A DNA stretch of 64,000 nt from Pseudomonadota bacterium (GCA_018240695.1 JAFEFH010000004.1:1032-65031); one strand, 5' to 3'. Shown: positions 1 to 9,394, counted from the first letter of the stretch. The notes: generated by a model from the letters alone, not told the origin. Numbers and translations: made by a program.

Positions 1-124
1 CGCCGCCCGAGACCAGCAGCACATCGAACCCGCCGCGCGACAGCGCGCGGGCAAGCGTCGCGGCGCGGCGCAGATGGCCGATGCCCAACAGGTGCTGGAC
101 ATAGAAGAAGACGCGCTGGCTCAT
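1..124 (-). CDS. Glycosyltransferase, GT-B/GT28-like (COG4671-type), 5' fragment running off the window start
   Basis: Manual translation MSQRVFFYVQHLLGIGHLRRAATLARALSRGGFDVLLVSGG; same GxGH motif as the GT at 3170-4450; ATG overlaps the upstream stop (ATGA at 121-124). Confidence 0.85.
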   Translation of the reverse strand, partial: MSQRVFFYVQHLLGIGHLRRAATLARALSRGGFDVLLVSGG

Positions 125-723
125 CTTGGACCGAGCGGCACGTTGACCTCGCCCAGCCGTACGCTGCCGTCGGGACGCGCGTGGAAGAAATGCAGCGCAC
201 GCCAGTCGAGCTTGAGCGGGGGGCGGTCCATCATGTCCCAGCCGGTGGCCATCGCCAGCACGGCGCGGATCGCGGCCTTGTGCGAGACCGCGACGACCGG
301 CTCGCCCGCCGCGGCGATTTCCTTGGCCCAGTCGCCGATGCGGCCCATCACGGCGCGCGGCGACTCGCCGCCCGGCGGCTCGAAATCGAGCCCCTTGTTC
401 TCGGCGTCGATGAAGGCCTGTCCGACCGTCGCGCGCAGCTCGGCGATGGTACGGCCCTCCCACTGGCCGAAGCTCATCTCGCGCAGGCGCTGCTCGATCG
501 CGACGCCGCCCGCCGGCTGCAACAGCTCGGCGGTGCGGCGTGCGCGCTTCAGCGGGCTGCACAGCCGCTTCCAGCCGTCGGCGGGCGCCGGCAGCCGCCA
601 CGTGCGCGCGTCGGCTTCACCCTTGGTGCTGAGGTCGGTATCGGTGAGGCCTTGCAGGCGGCCATCCTCGTTCCACGCGGTCGAGGCATGTCGCAGCAGC
701 GCAAAGGCGACGCCGTCGCTCAT
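121..723 (-). CDS. Histidine phosphatase / phosphoglycerate-mutase family protein
   Basis: LLRHASTAWN (RHG-like), SPLKRARRTA, LREMSFGQWEG, PGGES, AVSHK motifs. Confidence 0.9.
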   Translation of the reverse strand: MSDGVAFALLRHASTAWNEDGRLQGLTDTDLSTKGEADARTWRLPAPADGWKRLCSPLKRARRTAELLQPAGGVAIEQRLREMSFGQWEGRTIAELRATVGQAFIDAENKGLDFEPPGGESPRAVMGRIGDWAKEIAAAGEPVVAVSHKAAIRAVLAMATGWDMMDRPPLKLDWRALHFFHARPDGSVRLGEVNVPLGPR

Positions 724-1838
724 CGGTGGACTCCGGGCAGCGTCTTCAGCGCGGCGCCCAGCGCATGCGCGGCGGCGCGGTCGTCATGGCGCGCGGCGAT
801 GCGGGCGGCGGTGTTGGCCGCGAGCCGCGCGCGCTCGGCCGGATCGTCGAGCAGGCGGGCGACCGCCGCAGCAAACGCCGCCGCATCGCCAATCGGCGTC
901 AGCAGGCCGGCGATACCATCGGCCACCACCGCGGGCACGCCGCCAGTGCGGCCCCCGACCACGGGTACGCCCGCCGCCTGCGCTTCGAGAAAGGCCATGC
1001 CATAGGCTTCGTTGATCGCGGGCCAGACGTAAAGGTCGGCCGACGCATACAGGGACAGCAGCTCGTCCTGGCTGACCGCGCCGGCGAAGCGGATGCGCGC
1101 GCCGAACGGCGCCATCAGCTGCTCGATCTCTGGCCGCGCTGCGCCGTCGCCCACCAGCACCGCGCGCCATTTGCGATCGCCCAGCCGATGAAAGGCGGCG
1201 GCCAGCACGCGATACGACTCGAGCTTGTCGCGCGTGCGCATCATGCCGACGGCCAGCAGCACCGGCACGTCGTTGGCGGCGCGGCGCGCCCGCGTGGCGA
1301 GATAGGGCGCGACGTCGATGAACGGCGGCAGCCAGACCTGGCGCGCCCCGGGCCGCAGGCGCGTGGCGACGCCCGCGACGTCGCGCGGATTGACGGTGAT
1401 CGCGAGGTCGGCGGCGGCGAGCGCGCGCTCGTTGGCGCGATGGCCGAGCCGCGTCTCGCCAACCGCGCGCTGCGCGGCGTGCGAGGCTTCGGCGATCACA
1501 TAGGGTACGCCCAGCGCGCGGCTGACGGCCGGGCCCAGCCAGTCGGGCTTGCGATAGTAGGAATGGTAGGTGAACCACAGATCGAAGCGCTCGGGATGGC
1601 GCGCCGGCAGCGCGCGCCAGCGTTCGACGATGCGTCCGGCCTGGCGGCGCGCGCGGCGTTCGAGATCGAGATGGGCGGCGGGATCGGGCACGCCCTGCGC
1701 CACGCGGGTATGGGCCGGCATCAGGACCGTGTGGCCGAGGCGCTTCAGCAGGCGCGCCAGGCCGCGCGCCATCTCGCGGTCGCCCGAGGGCACCGGATGA
1801 TCGGGCGGCTTCAGCGGCGTGTGCAGCAGCACGCGCAT
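720..1838 (-). CDS. Glycosyltransferase family 4
   Basis: Start reassigned to MRVLLHTPLKPPDHPVPSGDR (ATG 1838); ADLYVWPAINEAYGMAFLEAQAAGVPVV GT4 signature. Confidence 0.9.
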   Translation of the reverse strand: MRVLLHTPLKPPDHPVPSGDREMARGLARLLKRLGHTVLMPAHTRVAQGVPDPAAHLDLERRARRQAGRIVERWRALPARHPERFDLWFTYHSYYRKPDWLGPAVSRALGVPYVIAEASHAAQRAVGETRLGHRANERALAAADLAITVNPRDVAGVATRLRPGARQVWLPPFIDVAPYLATRARRAANDVPVLLAVGMMRTRDKLESYRVLAAAFHRLGDRKWRAVLVGDGAARPEIEQLMAPFGARIRFAGAVSQDELLSLYASADLYVWPAINEAYGMAFLEAQAAGVPVVGGRTGGVPAVVADGIAGLLTPIGDAAAFAAAVARLLDDPAERARLAANTAARIAARHDDRAAAHALGAALKTLPGVHR

Positions 1839-1855
1839 GGCGACGAGCCCCCCAA

Positions 1856-3148
1856 TTACTCGGCGGCGCGGGCCTCGGGTTGCTCGATCTGGGCGGCGAG
1901 GCTGGCGCCGCGCGGCTGCATCAGCGCGCGGCCGATGAAGTCGACGCCGGCCTCGTAGGAAAAGCGCGTGCGCACGATCTCGTTGGAGCGCTTGCCGAAG
2001 CGCGCGCGCAGGTCGGGATCGCGCGCCAGTTTCTCGAGCGCCGCGGCGAGCTGGTCGGGCGAGGCGGGATCGCACATCAGGCCGTTCTCGCCGTCCTTCA
2101 CGAACTCGCCGATCGCGGCCGAGCGCGTCGAGACGATCGCCATCTGCTGGTAGCCCGCCTCCTGCAACACGTTGGGCATGCCCTCGCGGTCGCCGTCGCT
2201 CGCGGTCTTGCTGGCCAGCACGAAGATGTCGGCGCGCTGGTAGGCCTCGAACACGGTCTTCTGCGGCAGCGCGCCGTGCCAGGTGCAGCGGTCGGCGATG
2301 CCGGCCTGCTCGGCCAGGTGCACGACCGAATCGCCCAGCACGCCGGCGCCGATATGCTCGAAGCGCCAGTTGAGGTCCTTCGGCAGCTTCGCAAGGGCGG
2401 CGATCAGGTCGTCATAGCCCTTCTTCGCCACGCGGCGGCCGACCGACAGGATCACCACCGGATCGTTGGGGTTCGAGCCGTCGCGGCGCGAGCGCGTCGC
2501 CGGCGGCGCCGGCAGGTTGGCGAGATCGAGGCCGTGATAGACCAGCCGCAGCCGGTCGCGGTCGCTCACCAGCTCGTCGAGGCGCGCGCGCGCGTACTGC
2601 GTGCAGGTCACGATCCAGTCGATGTCGGCGAGCTTGGTCTTCAGCTCCCATTCCTGGCTGGTCCAGATGTCCTTGGCGTGCGCCGAGGCGCTCCACGGCA
2701 GGCCGCGCATGATCGCGGCGTAGCGCGTCGCCGAAGCCGGCGTATGGATGAAGTGCGCGTACATCCGCTCGATGCCGGCCGGCATCTCGGCGGCGAGCAC
2801 GAGGCCCTGGCCGAAGCGCCTGATCCGGTTGGGCGTGCGGTCGCGCACGACGTCGTGCAGGAAGCGCGCGCGCGCGGCCTTGTAGCCCGGCAGCTTGCGC
2901 GCCTTCCACCAGGCACGGATCACGCGCATCGGATCGTTCTTGAGATACTCCGGCAGGTAGACGATCGGCGCCTTGACGCGCGCGTGCACCGGATGGATCG
3001 CGGGATCGGTCGGCAGGCGCAGCGAATAGATCACCAGCTTCAGGCCCCGCGCCTCGAGGCCCGCCATCTCCTGCGCGATGAAGGTTTCTGACAGTCGCGG
3101 CCAGCACTTGACCACGACCGCGATGCGCGCGTCATTCGACTCAACCAT
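1856..3148 (-). CDS. Glycosyltransferase family 4 (WcaL-like)
   Basis: WPRLSETFIAQEM, AHFIHTP, SVGRRVAKKG, DREGMPNVLQEA motifs. Confidence 0.9.
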   Translation of the reverse strand: MVESNDARIAVVVKCWPRLSETFIAQEMAGLEARGLKLVIYSLRLPTDPAIHPVHARVKAPIVYLPEYLKNDPMRVIRAWWKARKLPGYKAARARFLHDVVRDRTPNRIRRFGQGLVLAAEMPAGIERMYAHFIHTPASATRYAAIMRGLPWSASAHAKDIWTSQEWELKTKLADIDWIVTCTQYARARLDELVSDRDRLRLVYHGLDLANLPAPPATRSRRDGSNPNDPVVILSVGRRVAKKGYDDLIAALAKLPKDLNWRFEHIGAGVLGDSVVHLAEQAGIADRCTWHGALPQKTVFEAYQRADIFVLASKTASDGDREGMPNVLQEAGYQQMAIVSTRSAAIGEFVKDGENGLMCDPASPDQLAAALEKLARDPDLRARFGKRSNEIVRTRFSYEAGVDFIGRALMQPRGASLAAQIEQPEARAAE

Positions 3149-3169
3149 GAAACACCGATGTCTGCAGAA

Positions 3170-4450
3170 TCAGAAACTGGCCCGTGTCGCCGCGGGCTCG
3201 AGGGGAACGGCCGCGGGCGCTTCGGCCGGCGCGGGAGGATCGATCGAGGCGGGGCCGCGATTGGGATGCGCGAGACCGCGCGCGACGAGCTTGATGACGT
3301 TGGGCAGGCCGTCGAGCAGGCCGGGCACGATGACGTCGCTCGGCGCGCGCTGCTGCGGCAGCTGGCGCAGCGCGGTGGCCATGACGTGCGGATCGCGGCC
3401 CTTGTCGGCGTCGAGCATCTCCATCAGCCCGAGGTTGCGCGCGGCGCGCGCCCGGATGAGCTGCTCCATGCGCGGCCGCGTGCGCGGGATGATCAGCGCC
3501 TTCTTGTCGAACGACAGGATCTCGCAGAACGTGTTGTAGCCGCCCATCGCCACGACGCCGGCTGCGCGCTGCATCAGCGCGCCGAGATTGTTGGTGAAGG
3601 TGAGCGTGCGGATGTGCGGGAACTTCGCGGCGCGCTCCTTGAAGCTCTCGCGCGCGGCCGCCGACATGAACGGGCCGAACGCGATCACCGCGCCGTAGGG
3701 AATGTTGGGATCGCTCTCGTAAGCCGACAGCACCCAGTCGACCAGCGCGTCGCCGTCGCCGCCGCCGCCCGGCGTCACCAGGATGAACGGCCGGTCGAGC
3801 TCGTCGCCCTCGTGCGGCACGTCGGTGTGCAGCGGAAGCTCGCGGCGCAGGTAGCCGGTGTAGACGGTCTTGTGGCGGACCGACGGCGGCACGTCGATGC
3901 CCTGCAGCGGCTTGTTGATCTGCGGCAGGCCGTAGATCCAGATCTGGTCGTAGAGGTCGGCGAGCGCTGGCACGACGTTCTTGCGCTCCCACTCGACGGC
4001 GAGCTGGCCGGGATCGTCCATGACATCGCGCAGGCCCATGATCAGCGGCGTGCCGCGGTCCTTCAGCATCCGCAAGGTCGGCTCGACCTCGCCACGCAGG
4101 CCGAGCGGCTCCTTGTCGACGATGAACAGGTCGGGCCGGTAGATGTCGGCGGTGTCCTTGATGATGCGGGTGCGCATCTCCAGCGTGTGCTCGACGCCGA
4201 CCCGCAGGTTGGCGGAGTCGTACTCGCCGGTGTCGATCTGCTTGACCACGCCCGGGATGCGCACGAAGTCGATGCCGGAGCGGAATTCGTAGGAGCCGAT
4301 CACCGCCGAGCCCGAGACGATCAGGACCGAGATCGAGCTGTCGGCGCCGACGACCGCGTTGGCGATGGTCCGGCAGCGGCTGACATGGCCGAGGCCGTAG
4401 GAATCGTGGCTGTAGAGCAGCACACGCTTTGGCCGGCTGTTTGCAGGCAT
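3170..4450 (-). CDS. Glycosyltransferase, GT-B/GT28 C-terminal-like (COG4671-type)
   Basis: True start MPANSRPKRVLLYSHDSYGLGHVSR (ATG 4450) inside the long ORF 3170-6316; ILVTPGGGGDG and VAMGGYNTFCEI motifs. Confidence 0.88.
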   Translation of the reverse strand: MPANSRPKRVLLYSHDSYGLGHVSRCRTIANAVVGADSSISVLIVSGSAVIGSYEFRSGIDFVRIPGVVKQIDTGEYDSANLRVGVEHTLEMRTRIIKDTADIYRPDLFIVDKEPLGLRGEVEPTLRMLKDRGTPLIMGLRDVMDDPGQLAVEWERKNVVPALADLYDQIWIYGLPQINKPLQGIDVPPSVRHKTVYTGYLRRELPLHTDVPHEGDELDRPFILVTPGGGGDGDALVDWVLSAYESDPNIPYGAVIAFGPFMSAAARESFKERAAKFPHIRTLTFTNNLGALMQRAAGVVAMGGYNTFCEILSFDKKALIIPRTRPRMEQLIRARAARNLGLMEMLDADKGRDPHVMATALRQLPQQRAPSDVIVPGLLDGLPNVIKLVARGLAHPNRGPASIDPPAPAEAPAAVPLEPAATRASF

Positions 4451-4612
4451 CGAAAAGCCTCTCCCCCTGGCCGCGGCAGTGCCCCGGCCAGTTCTTGGCC
4501 GGACTATGCCATAAGCCGCCAGCGGCGCGAACCCCCGCTCCTGGCGTAAAATATCTAATGTAATCAATGGCATGATCGAATATAGGTAAGGTCGGTCGCG
4601 ACCCGGGTTTCG

Positions 4613-7324
4613 ATGCAGCGCAATCTTTTCACCTACATTTGGCGCCACAGCCGGCACGAGCAGCTCGTGATCCTGCTGCTCGTGGTGTTCGCGCAGGTCT
4701 TCTATTTCCTGTCGCTGAGCGTGCCGAAGTCGATCGTGAACAACGGCATCTCGGGCAATGCCTTCAAGGACAGCCCGACCGTCACCATGCTGTCGATGAC
4801 GATCCCGCTGCCCGGCTTTCTGGGCGGCAGCATCCGGCTGTTCGACGGCTTCTCGGCCGACCAGATGACCTATCTGGTGATCATGAGCTTCGTCTACCTG
4901 GGCGCGGTGATCGTGAACGCCCAGTTCAAGCGCAACATCAACACCCAGAAGGGCCGGATGGGCGAGCGCATGCTGCGCCGCCTGCGCTACGAGCTCTACG
5001 ACCGCATCCTGCGCTTCCCGGCCGCCCATTTCCGCAAGGTCAAGCAGGCCGAACTCGCGACCATGATCAAGGACGAGGTCGAGCCGCTCGGCGGCTTCAT
5101 CGGCGACGCCTACGTCCAGCCGATGTTCCTCGGCGGCCAGGCGCTGACGGCCGTCGCCTTCATCTTCATGCAGAACTGGCTGCTCAGCCTGGTGGTGATC
5201 GCGCTGCTGGCGGTGCAGATGATCATCGTGCCGCGGCTGCGCAAGCCGGTGCTGGTGCTCGGCCGCCAGCGCCAGCTCTCGGCGCGCCTGCTGGCCGGCC
5301 GCATCGCCGAGACCGCCGACGGCGTGAACGAGATCCACATCCACGGCTCGTCGAATTACGAGCGCGCCGACATCTCCGAGCGGCTGGGCCACATCTTCCG
5401 GATCCGCTTCGACCTCTACAACAAGAAGTTCGTCGCCAAGTTCTGGAACAACATCCTGTCGCAGGCGACGCCGTTCGCGATCTATCTGCTGGGCGGCTAC
5501 TTCGCGATCACCGGCAAGATGGACGTCGGCGCCGTGGTCGGCGTGCTGCTGGCCTACAAGGACCTGCCCTCGCCGATCAAGGAGCTGATCGACTGGGACC
5601 AGCAGCGCCAGGACGTGCAGATCAAGTACGAGCAGGTGATCGACCAGTTCCAGCCCGAGGGCATGATGCCCGAGGAGCTGCAGGCGATTCCCGAGGGCCC
5701 GCCGCCGCCGCTCGGCCACGAGATGGTGCTGTCGGGCATCACCGTGACCGAGGACGGCCGCGTGAAGCAGCTCGACGGCGTGTCGCTGGTCATCCCCACG
5801 GACAAGAAGATCGCCGTCATCGGCGCGTCGAGCTCGGGCAAGGACGTGCTGGGCCAGGTGATGGCGCGCATCGTCTATCCGTCGAGCGGGTCGGTGAAGA
5901 TCGACGGCAAGGACCTGCTGCAGATCCCCGAATTCCTGCTCGGTTCGCGCATGGCCTATATCGGCCAGGAGACCTACCTCTTCCCGCAAAGCGTGCGTGA
6001 CAACCTGCTGTTCGGCCTCAAGCACCGGCCGACGACGCCGGCCACCTACGAGGGCGAGCTTCAGACCGCGCGCGAGCTGTTCTGGCGCGAGGCCGAGCGC
6101 TCGGGCAACCCGGTGCTCGATCCCAACGCCGACTGGATCGACTACGAGCTGGCCGGCGCCACCGGCCCGGCCGACCTGCTGCCGTGCATGGTGCACGCGC
6201 TGAAGCAGGTCGAGCTCGACGACGACATCTATTCGCTCGGCCTGCGCGGCGCGATCGACGCGGGCAAGCGGCCCGACCTCGCCGACAAGATCCTGAAGGC
6301 GCGCCACGCGCTGCACGGCCGCTTGCAGGCGCCCGAGAACGCCGGGCTGATCGAGCCGTTCAACGCCGACAAGTACAACAAGAACCTGTCGGTGGCGGAG
6401 AACCTGCTGTTCGGCACCGCGCTCGGCGCGGCGTTCGACGGCGACAACCTCGCGGCCGATCCCTACATGCAGACGGTGCTGGCCCGCACCGGCCTCGACC
6501 AGGACCTGCTGCGCATGGGTCTGTCGATCGCCGAGACGATGGTCGAACTGTTCTCCGGCCTGTCACCCGACAACCCGCTGTTCGAGCAGTACAGCTTCAT
6601 CTCCGCCGACGAGCTGCCCAACGTCCGCCTGCTGTTGCAGCGCCTGGGCGGCAAGGGCGTCGAGGCGGTCCCGCCGGCCGACCGCGCGCGCCTGATGACC
6701 CTGCCGCTGCGCTACATCGAGGCGCGGCATCGCCTGGGCCTGATCGACGGCGCGATGGAGGACCGGCTGCTGGCCGCCCGCCGGGCGTTCGCCGAGAACC
6801 TGCCGCCGGCGCTGCGCGGCAATGTCGAATTCTACGACTTCGCCAAGTACAACAGCGCCGCCACCCTGCTGGACAACATCCTGTTCGGCCGCGTCGTCTA
6901 CGGCCAGGCGCAGGCCGAGAGCCGCATCCGCAAGCTGCTGACGGAGGTGATGGCCGAGCTGCACCTGCGCGATTCCGTGATCGAGGTCGGGCTGGAGTAC
7001 AATGTCGGCGTCGCGGGACGGCGCCTGCCGGCCACCCAGCGCCAGAAGCTCGGCATCGCGCGCGCGCTGATCAAGCGGCCGCAGTTCCTGGTGGTCAACG
7101 AGGCCGTTGCCGTGTTCGACGGGCGCACCCAGGATCGCATGCGCGACAACATCCTGGCCGCCGCCGACGGGCGCGGCGTGATGTGGATCGCCAACCGGCC
7201 GAGCCAGGCTTTGTCGTTCGACGAGGTCGTGGTCATGCAGGCGGGCAAGATCGTGGCGCACGGCGCGCCGCAGGAACTCGAGGCCAAGGGCGGGCTCTAT
7301 GCCGAGCTCATGGCGTCGACGTAG
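4613..7324 (+). CDS. ABC exporter (TMD + NBD fusion) with degenerate, insertion-split ATPase domain
   Basis: Multi-TM ABC membrane domain; Walker A-like GASSSGKD, Q-loop YIGQE, signature-like LPATQRQK, Walker B-like FLVVNE. Confidence 0.88.
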   Translation: MQRNLFTYIWRHSRHEQLVILLLVVFAQVFYFLSLSVPKSIVNNGISGNAFKDSPTVTMLSMTIPLPGFLGGSIRLFDGFSADQMTYLVIMSFVYLGAVIVNAQFKRNINTQKGRMGERMLRRLRYELYDRILRFPAAHFRKVKQAELATMIKDEVEPLGGFIGDAYVQPMFLGGQALTAVAFIFMQNWLLSLVVIALLAVQMIIVPRLRKPVLVLGRQRQLSARLLAGRIAETADGVNEIHIHGSSNYERADISERLGHIFRIRFDLYNKKFVAKFWNNILSQATPFAIYLLGGYFAITGKMDVGAVVGVLLAYKDLPSPIKELIDWDQQRQDVQIKYEQVIDQFQPEGMMPEELQAIPEGPPPPLGHEMVLSGITVTEDGRVKQLDGVSLVIPTDKKIAVIGASSSGKDVLGQVMARIVYPSSGSVKIDGKDLLQIPEFLLGSRMAYIGQETYLFPQSVRDNLLFGLKHRPTTPATYEGELQTARELFWREAERSGNPVLDPNADWIDYELAGATGPADLLPCMVHALKQVELDDDIYSLGLRGAIDAGKRPDLADKILKARHALHGRLQAPENAGLIEPFNADKYNKNLSVAENLLFGTALGAAFDGDNLAADPYMQTVLARTGLDQDLLRMGLSIAETMVELFSGLSPDNPLFEQYSFISADELPNVRLLLQRLGGKGVEAVPPADRARLMTLPLRYIEARHRLGLIDGAMEDRLLAARRAFAENLPPALRGNVEFYDFAKYNSAATLLDNILFGRVVYGQAQAESRIRKLLTEVMAELHLRDSVIEVGLEYNVGVAGRRLPATQRQKLGIARALIKRPQFLVVNEAVAVFDGRTQDRMRDNILAAADGRGVMWIANRPSQALSFDEVVVMQAGKIVAHGAPQELEAKGGLYAELMAST

Positions 7325-7345
7325 GATGGCAAACAGGAGGACACG

Positions 7346-7801
7346 ATGAACCTCAACGAGGAAGTCGAGATTCTCAAGGGCGTACCGCTCTTCGCCAAGA
7401 TGGAGGCGGCGAAGCTCAAGCTGCTGGCGTTCACCGGCGAGCGCATGACGTTCAGCACCGACCAGGAAGTCTGCCACCAGGGCGACCCCGGGGATGCCAT
7501 GTACGTCATCCTGGGCGGCGTGGCCGACGTGCTGATCGACACCCCGACCGGCCCGCTGCGCGTGGCCCAGCTGAAGAAGAACGGCTTCTTCGGCGAGACC
7601 GCCATCCTCTGCGACGCGCCGCGCAATGCCACGATCCGCGCCAGCGAATCGCTTCTGACGCTGCGCATCACCAAGGACATGTTCTATCGCCTGGTCACCG
7701 AGTTCCCGACCATGGCGATCGAGATGATGCGCGAGCTCGCGCACCGCGTCGAGGACACCAACCGCAAGCTGCGCGACGCCACGGCCAACAAGGCGGCCTG
7801 A
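7346..7801 (+). CDS. Stand-alone cyclic nucleotide-binding domain protein
   Basis: HQGDPGDAMYVILGG and FFGETAILCDAPRNAT phosphate-binding cassette; RBS GGAGG; no HTH. Confidence 0.9.
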   Translation: MNLNEEVEILKGVPLFAKMEAAKLKLLAFTGERMTFSTDQEVCHQGDPGDAMYVILGGVADVLIDTPTGPLRVAQLKKNGFFGETAILCDAPRNATIRASESLLTLRITKDMFYRLVTEFPTMAIEMMRELAHRVEDTNRKLRDATANKAA

Positions 7802-7809
7802 TCGTCCGC

Positions 7810-8298
7810 ATGAGCCGTCTCGATAGTTTCATCGCGCGCATGCAGGCGCAGCGCGACTGCCTGAATTTCCTCAAGCCCCGGATCGACGCGATCGCCGGGC
7901 CGATCCTCGAGGTCGGGCTGGGCAACGGCCGCACTTACGACCATCTGCGCGATCTCTTTCCCGCGCGCGACGTCTACGTGTTCGAGCGCAAGGTCGCGGC
8001 CCATCCCGACTGCATCCCGCCCGACGACCGGCTGTTCCTGGGCGACGCCGACAAGACCATCCCGCAGGCCGCGGCGAGGCTCGGCGCCACGGCGGCGCTG
8101 ATCCACACCGATCTCGGCACCGGCGATCACGCGGCCAATGTCGAGATGGGCAAGTGGCTGGGGCCGGCGCTCGACACGCTGGCCGCCACCGGCGGCTATG
8201 TGCTGGCCAACCAGGCGCTCAACGTGAAGCGCTGGCAGTTGCTGCCCGAGCCGCCGGGCGTCCCGAAGGACCGCTACTTCCTCTACCGCGTGACCTGA
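7810..8298 (+). CDS. Small class I SAM-dependent methyltransferase-like protein
   Basis: MSRLDSFIARMQAQR; ILEVGLGNGRTYDHLR glycine-rich motif I; embedded in ORF 6184-8298. Confidence 0.82.
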   Translation: MSRLDSFIARMQAQRDCLNFLKPRIDAIAGPILEVGLGNGRTYDHLRDLFPARDVYVFERKVAAHPDCIPPDDRLFLGDADKTIPQAAARLGATAALIHTDLGTGDHAANVEMGKWLGPALDTLAATGGYVLANQALNVKRWQLLPEPPGVPKDRYFLYRVT

Positions 8299-8316
8299 TC
8301 GGCCCGTGGGGGCCGT

Positions 8317-8559
8317 CTAGTGGCCGAACAGGCGGACCAGCGCCAGCAGCACGATCGCGCCCACCACCGAGCCGATGAAGCCCGCCGGACGGCCCGCGCG
8401 ATAGAGACCGAGCGCCTGGCCGCCGTACGTCGCGATCACCGAACCGACGATGCCGATCAGCACCGTGATCCAGAAGCCGTAGATGTGCGGGCCGGGCCCG
8501 ATCCAGCGCGCGACCAGGCCCACCAGGAAGCCGATCAGGATGATGCCGATGATCTGCAT
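8317..8559 (-). CDS. GlsB/YeaQ/YmgE (transglycosylase-associated) small membrane protein
   Basis: IIGIILIGFLVGLVARWI, GIVGSVIA, GFIGSVVGAIVLL pattern; RBS GGGGAGAG. Confidence 0.88.
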   Translation of the reverse strand: MQIIGIILIGFLVGLVARWIGPGPHIYGFWITVLIGIVGSVIATYGGQALGLYRAGRPAGFIGSVVGAIVLLALVRLFGH

Positions 8560-8572
8560 GTGCTCTCCCCCT

Positions 8573-9394
8573 TCAGACGTCGAGTGTCGCCAGCACCGGC
8601 ACGTGATCGGACGGCACGTTCCAATCCCGCAGGTCGGTGTCGATGCGATAGCTGCGCAACGCCCCGCCGAGCGCCGGCGTCGCCAGGATGTGGTCGAGGC
8701 GGCGGCCGCGGTTGGACACGCGCCAGTCGTTGTTGCGGTAGCTCCACCATGAATAGAGCTTCTCGGTCTCGGGAACGAAGCGGCGCGGCACGTCGATCCA
8801 GTCGAGCGACGCCATCATGCCGCCGAACAGCTCGACCTCGACGGGGGTGTGCGACACGATCTTGAGGAGCTGCTTGTGGCTCCAGACGTCGTGCTCGAGC
8901 GGCGCCACGTTGAGGTCGCCGACGGCGATGCGGCGCAGACCCTTCTTCGCCCGCGGCTTGGGCTTGCGGTCGGCGTACCACCGGGCCATCTCGCGATAGA
9001 AGTCGAGCTTATGCGCGAACTTCAGGTTGGCCTCCGGATCGGGGATGTCGCCGCCGGCCGGGATGTAGAGATTGTCGAGCAGGATCGGATCGCCGCCGAT
9101 GTCGAGCGCGGCCTCGATGTGGCGGCAGTCCTCCTTGCCGCAGCGATGGTGAACGTTCATCGCGGTGAACGGCACCTTGGAGAGGATGGCGACGCCGTTA
9201 TAGGCCTTCATGCCCTGGATCAGCCGGTGCGTGTATCCCAGGGCCTCGAACGGCTGGTGCGGGAAGAATTCGTCGGGACACTTGGTCTCCTGGAGACACA
9301 GCACGTCGGGCTTGCGCAACTTCAGAAAGCGTTCGACGTTGGCGATCCGCAGACGGACGGAATTGATGTTCCAGGTGGCGACGGTCAGACTCAT
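8573..9394 (-). CDS. xth: Exodeoxyribonuclease III (AP endonuclease)
   Basis: ATWNINSVR, DVLCLQETK, YNGVAILS, GDLNVAP, YSWWSYR, RRLDHIL, SDHVPV; ATG 9394. Confidence 0.95.
   Translation of the reverse strand: MSLTVATWNINSVRLRIANVERFLKLRKPDVLCLQETKCPDEFFPHQPFEALGYTHRLIQGMKAYNGVAILSKVPFTAMNVHHRCGKEDCRHIEAALDIGGDPILLDNLYIPAGGDIPDPEANLKFAHKLDFYREMARWYADRKPKPRAKKGLRRIAVGDLNVAPLEHDVWSHKQLLKIVSHTPVEVELFGGMMASLDWIDVPRRFVPETEKLYSWWSYRNNDWRVSNRGRRLDHILATPALGGALRSYRIDTDLRDWNVPSDHVPVLATLDV

Noticed and set aside
8598-8622. GGAAC upstream of the GlsB/YeaQ gene as an EcfG promoter
   Set aside because: No CGTT at 16-17 nt; lies inside xth coding sequence
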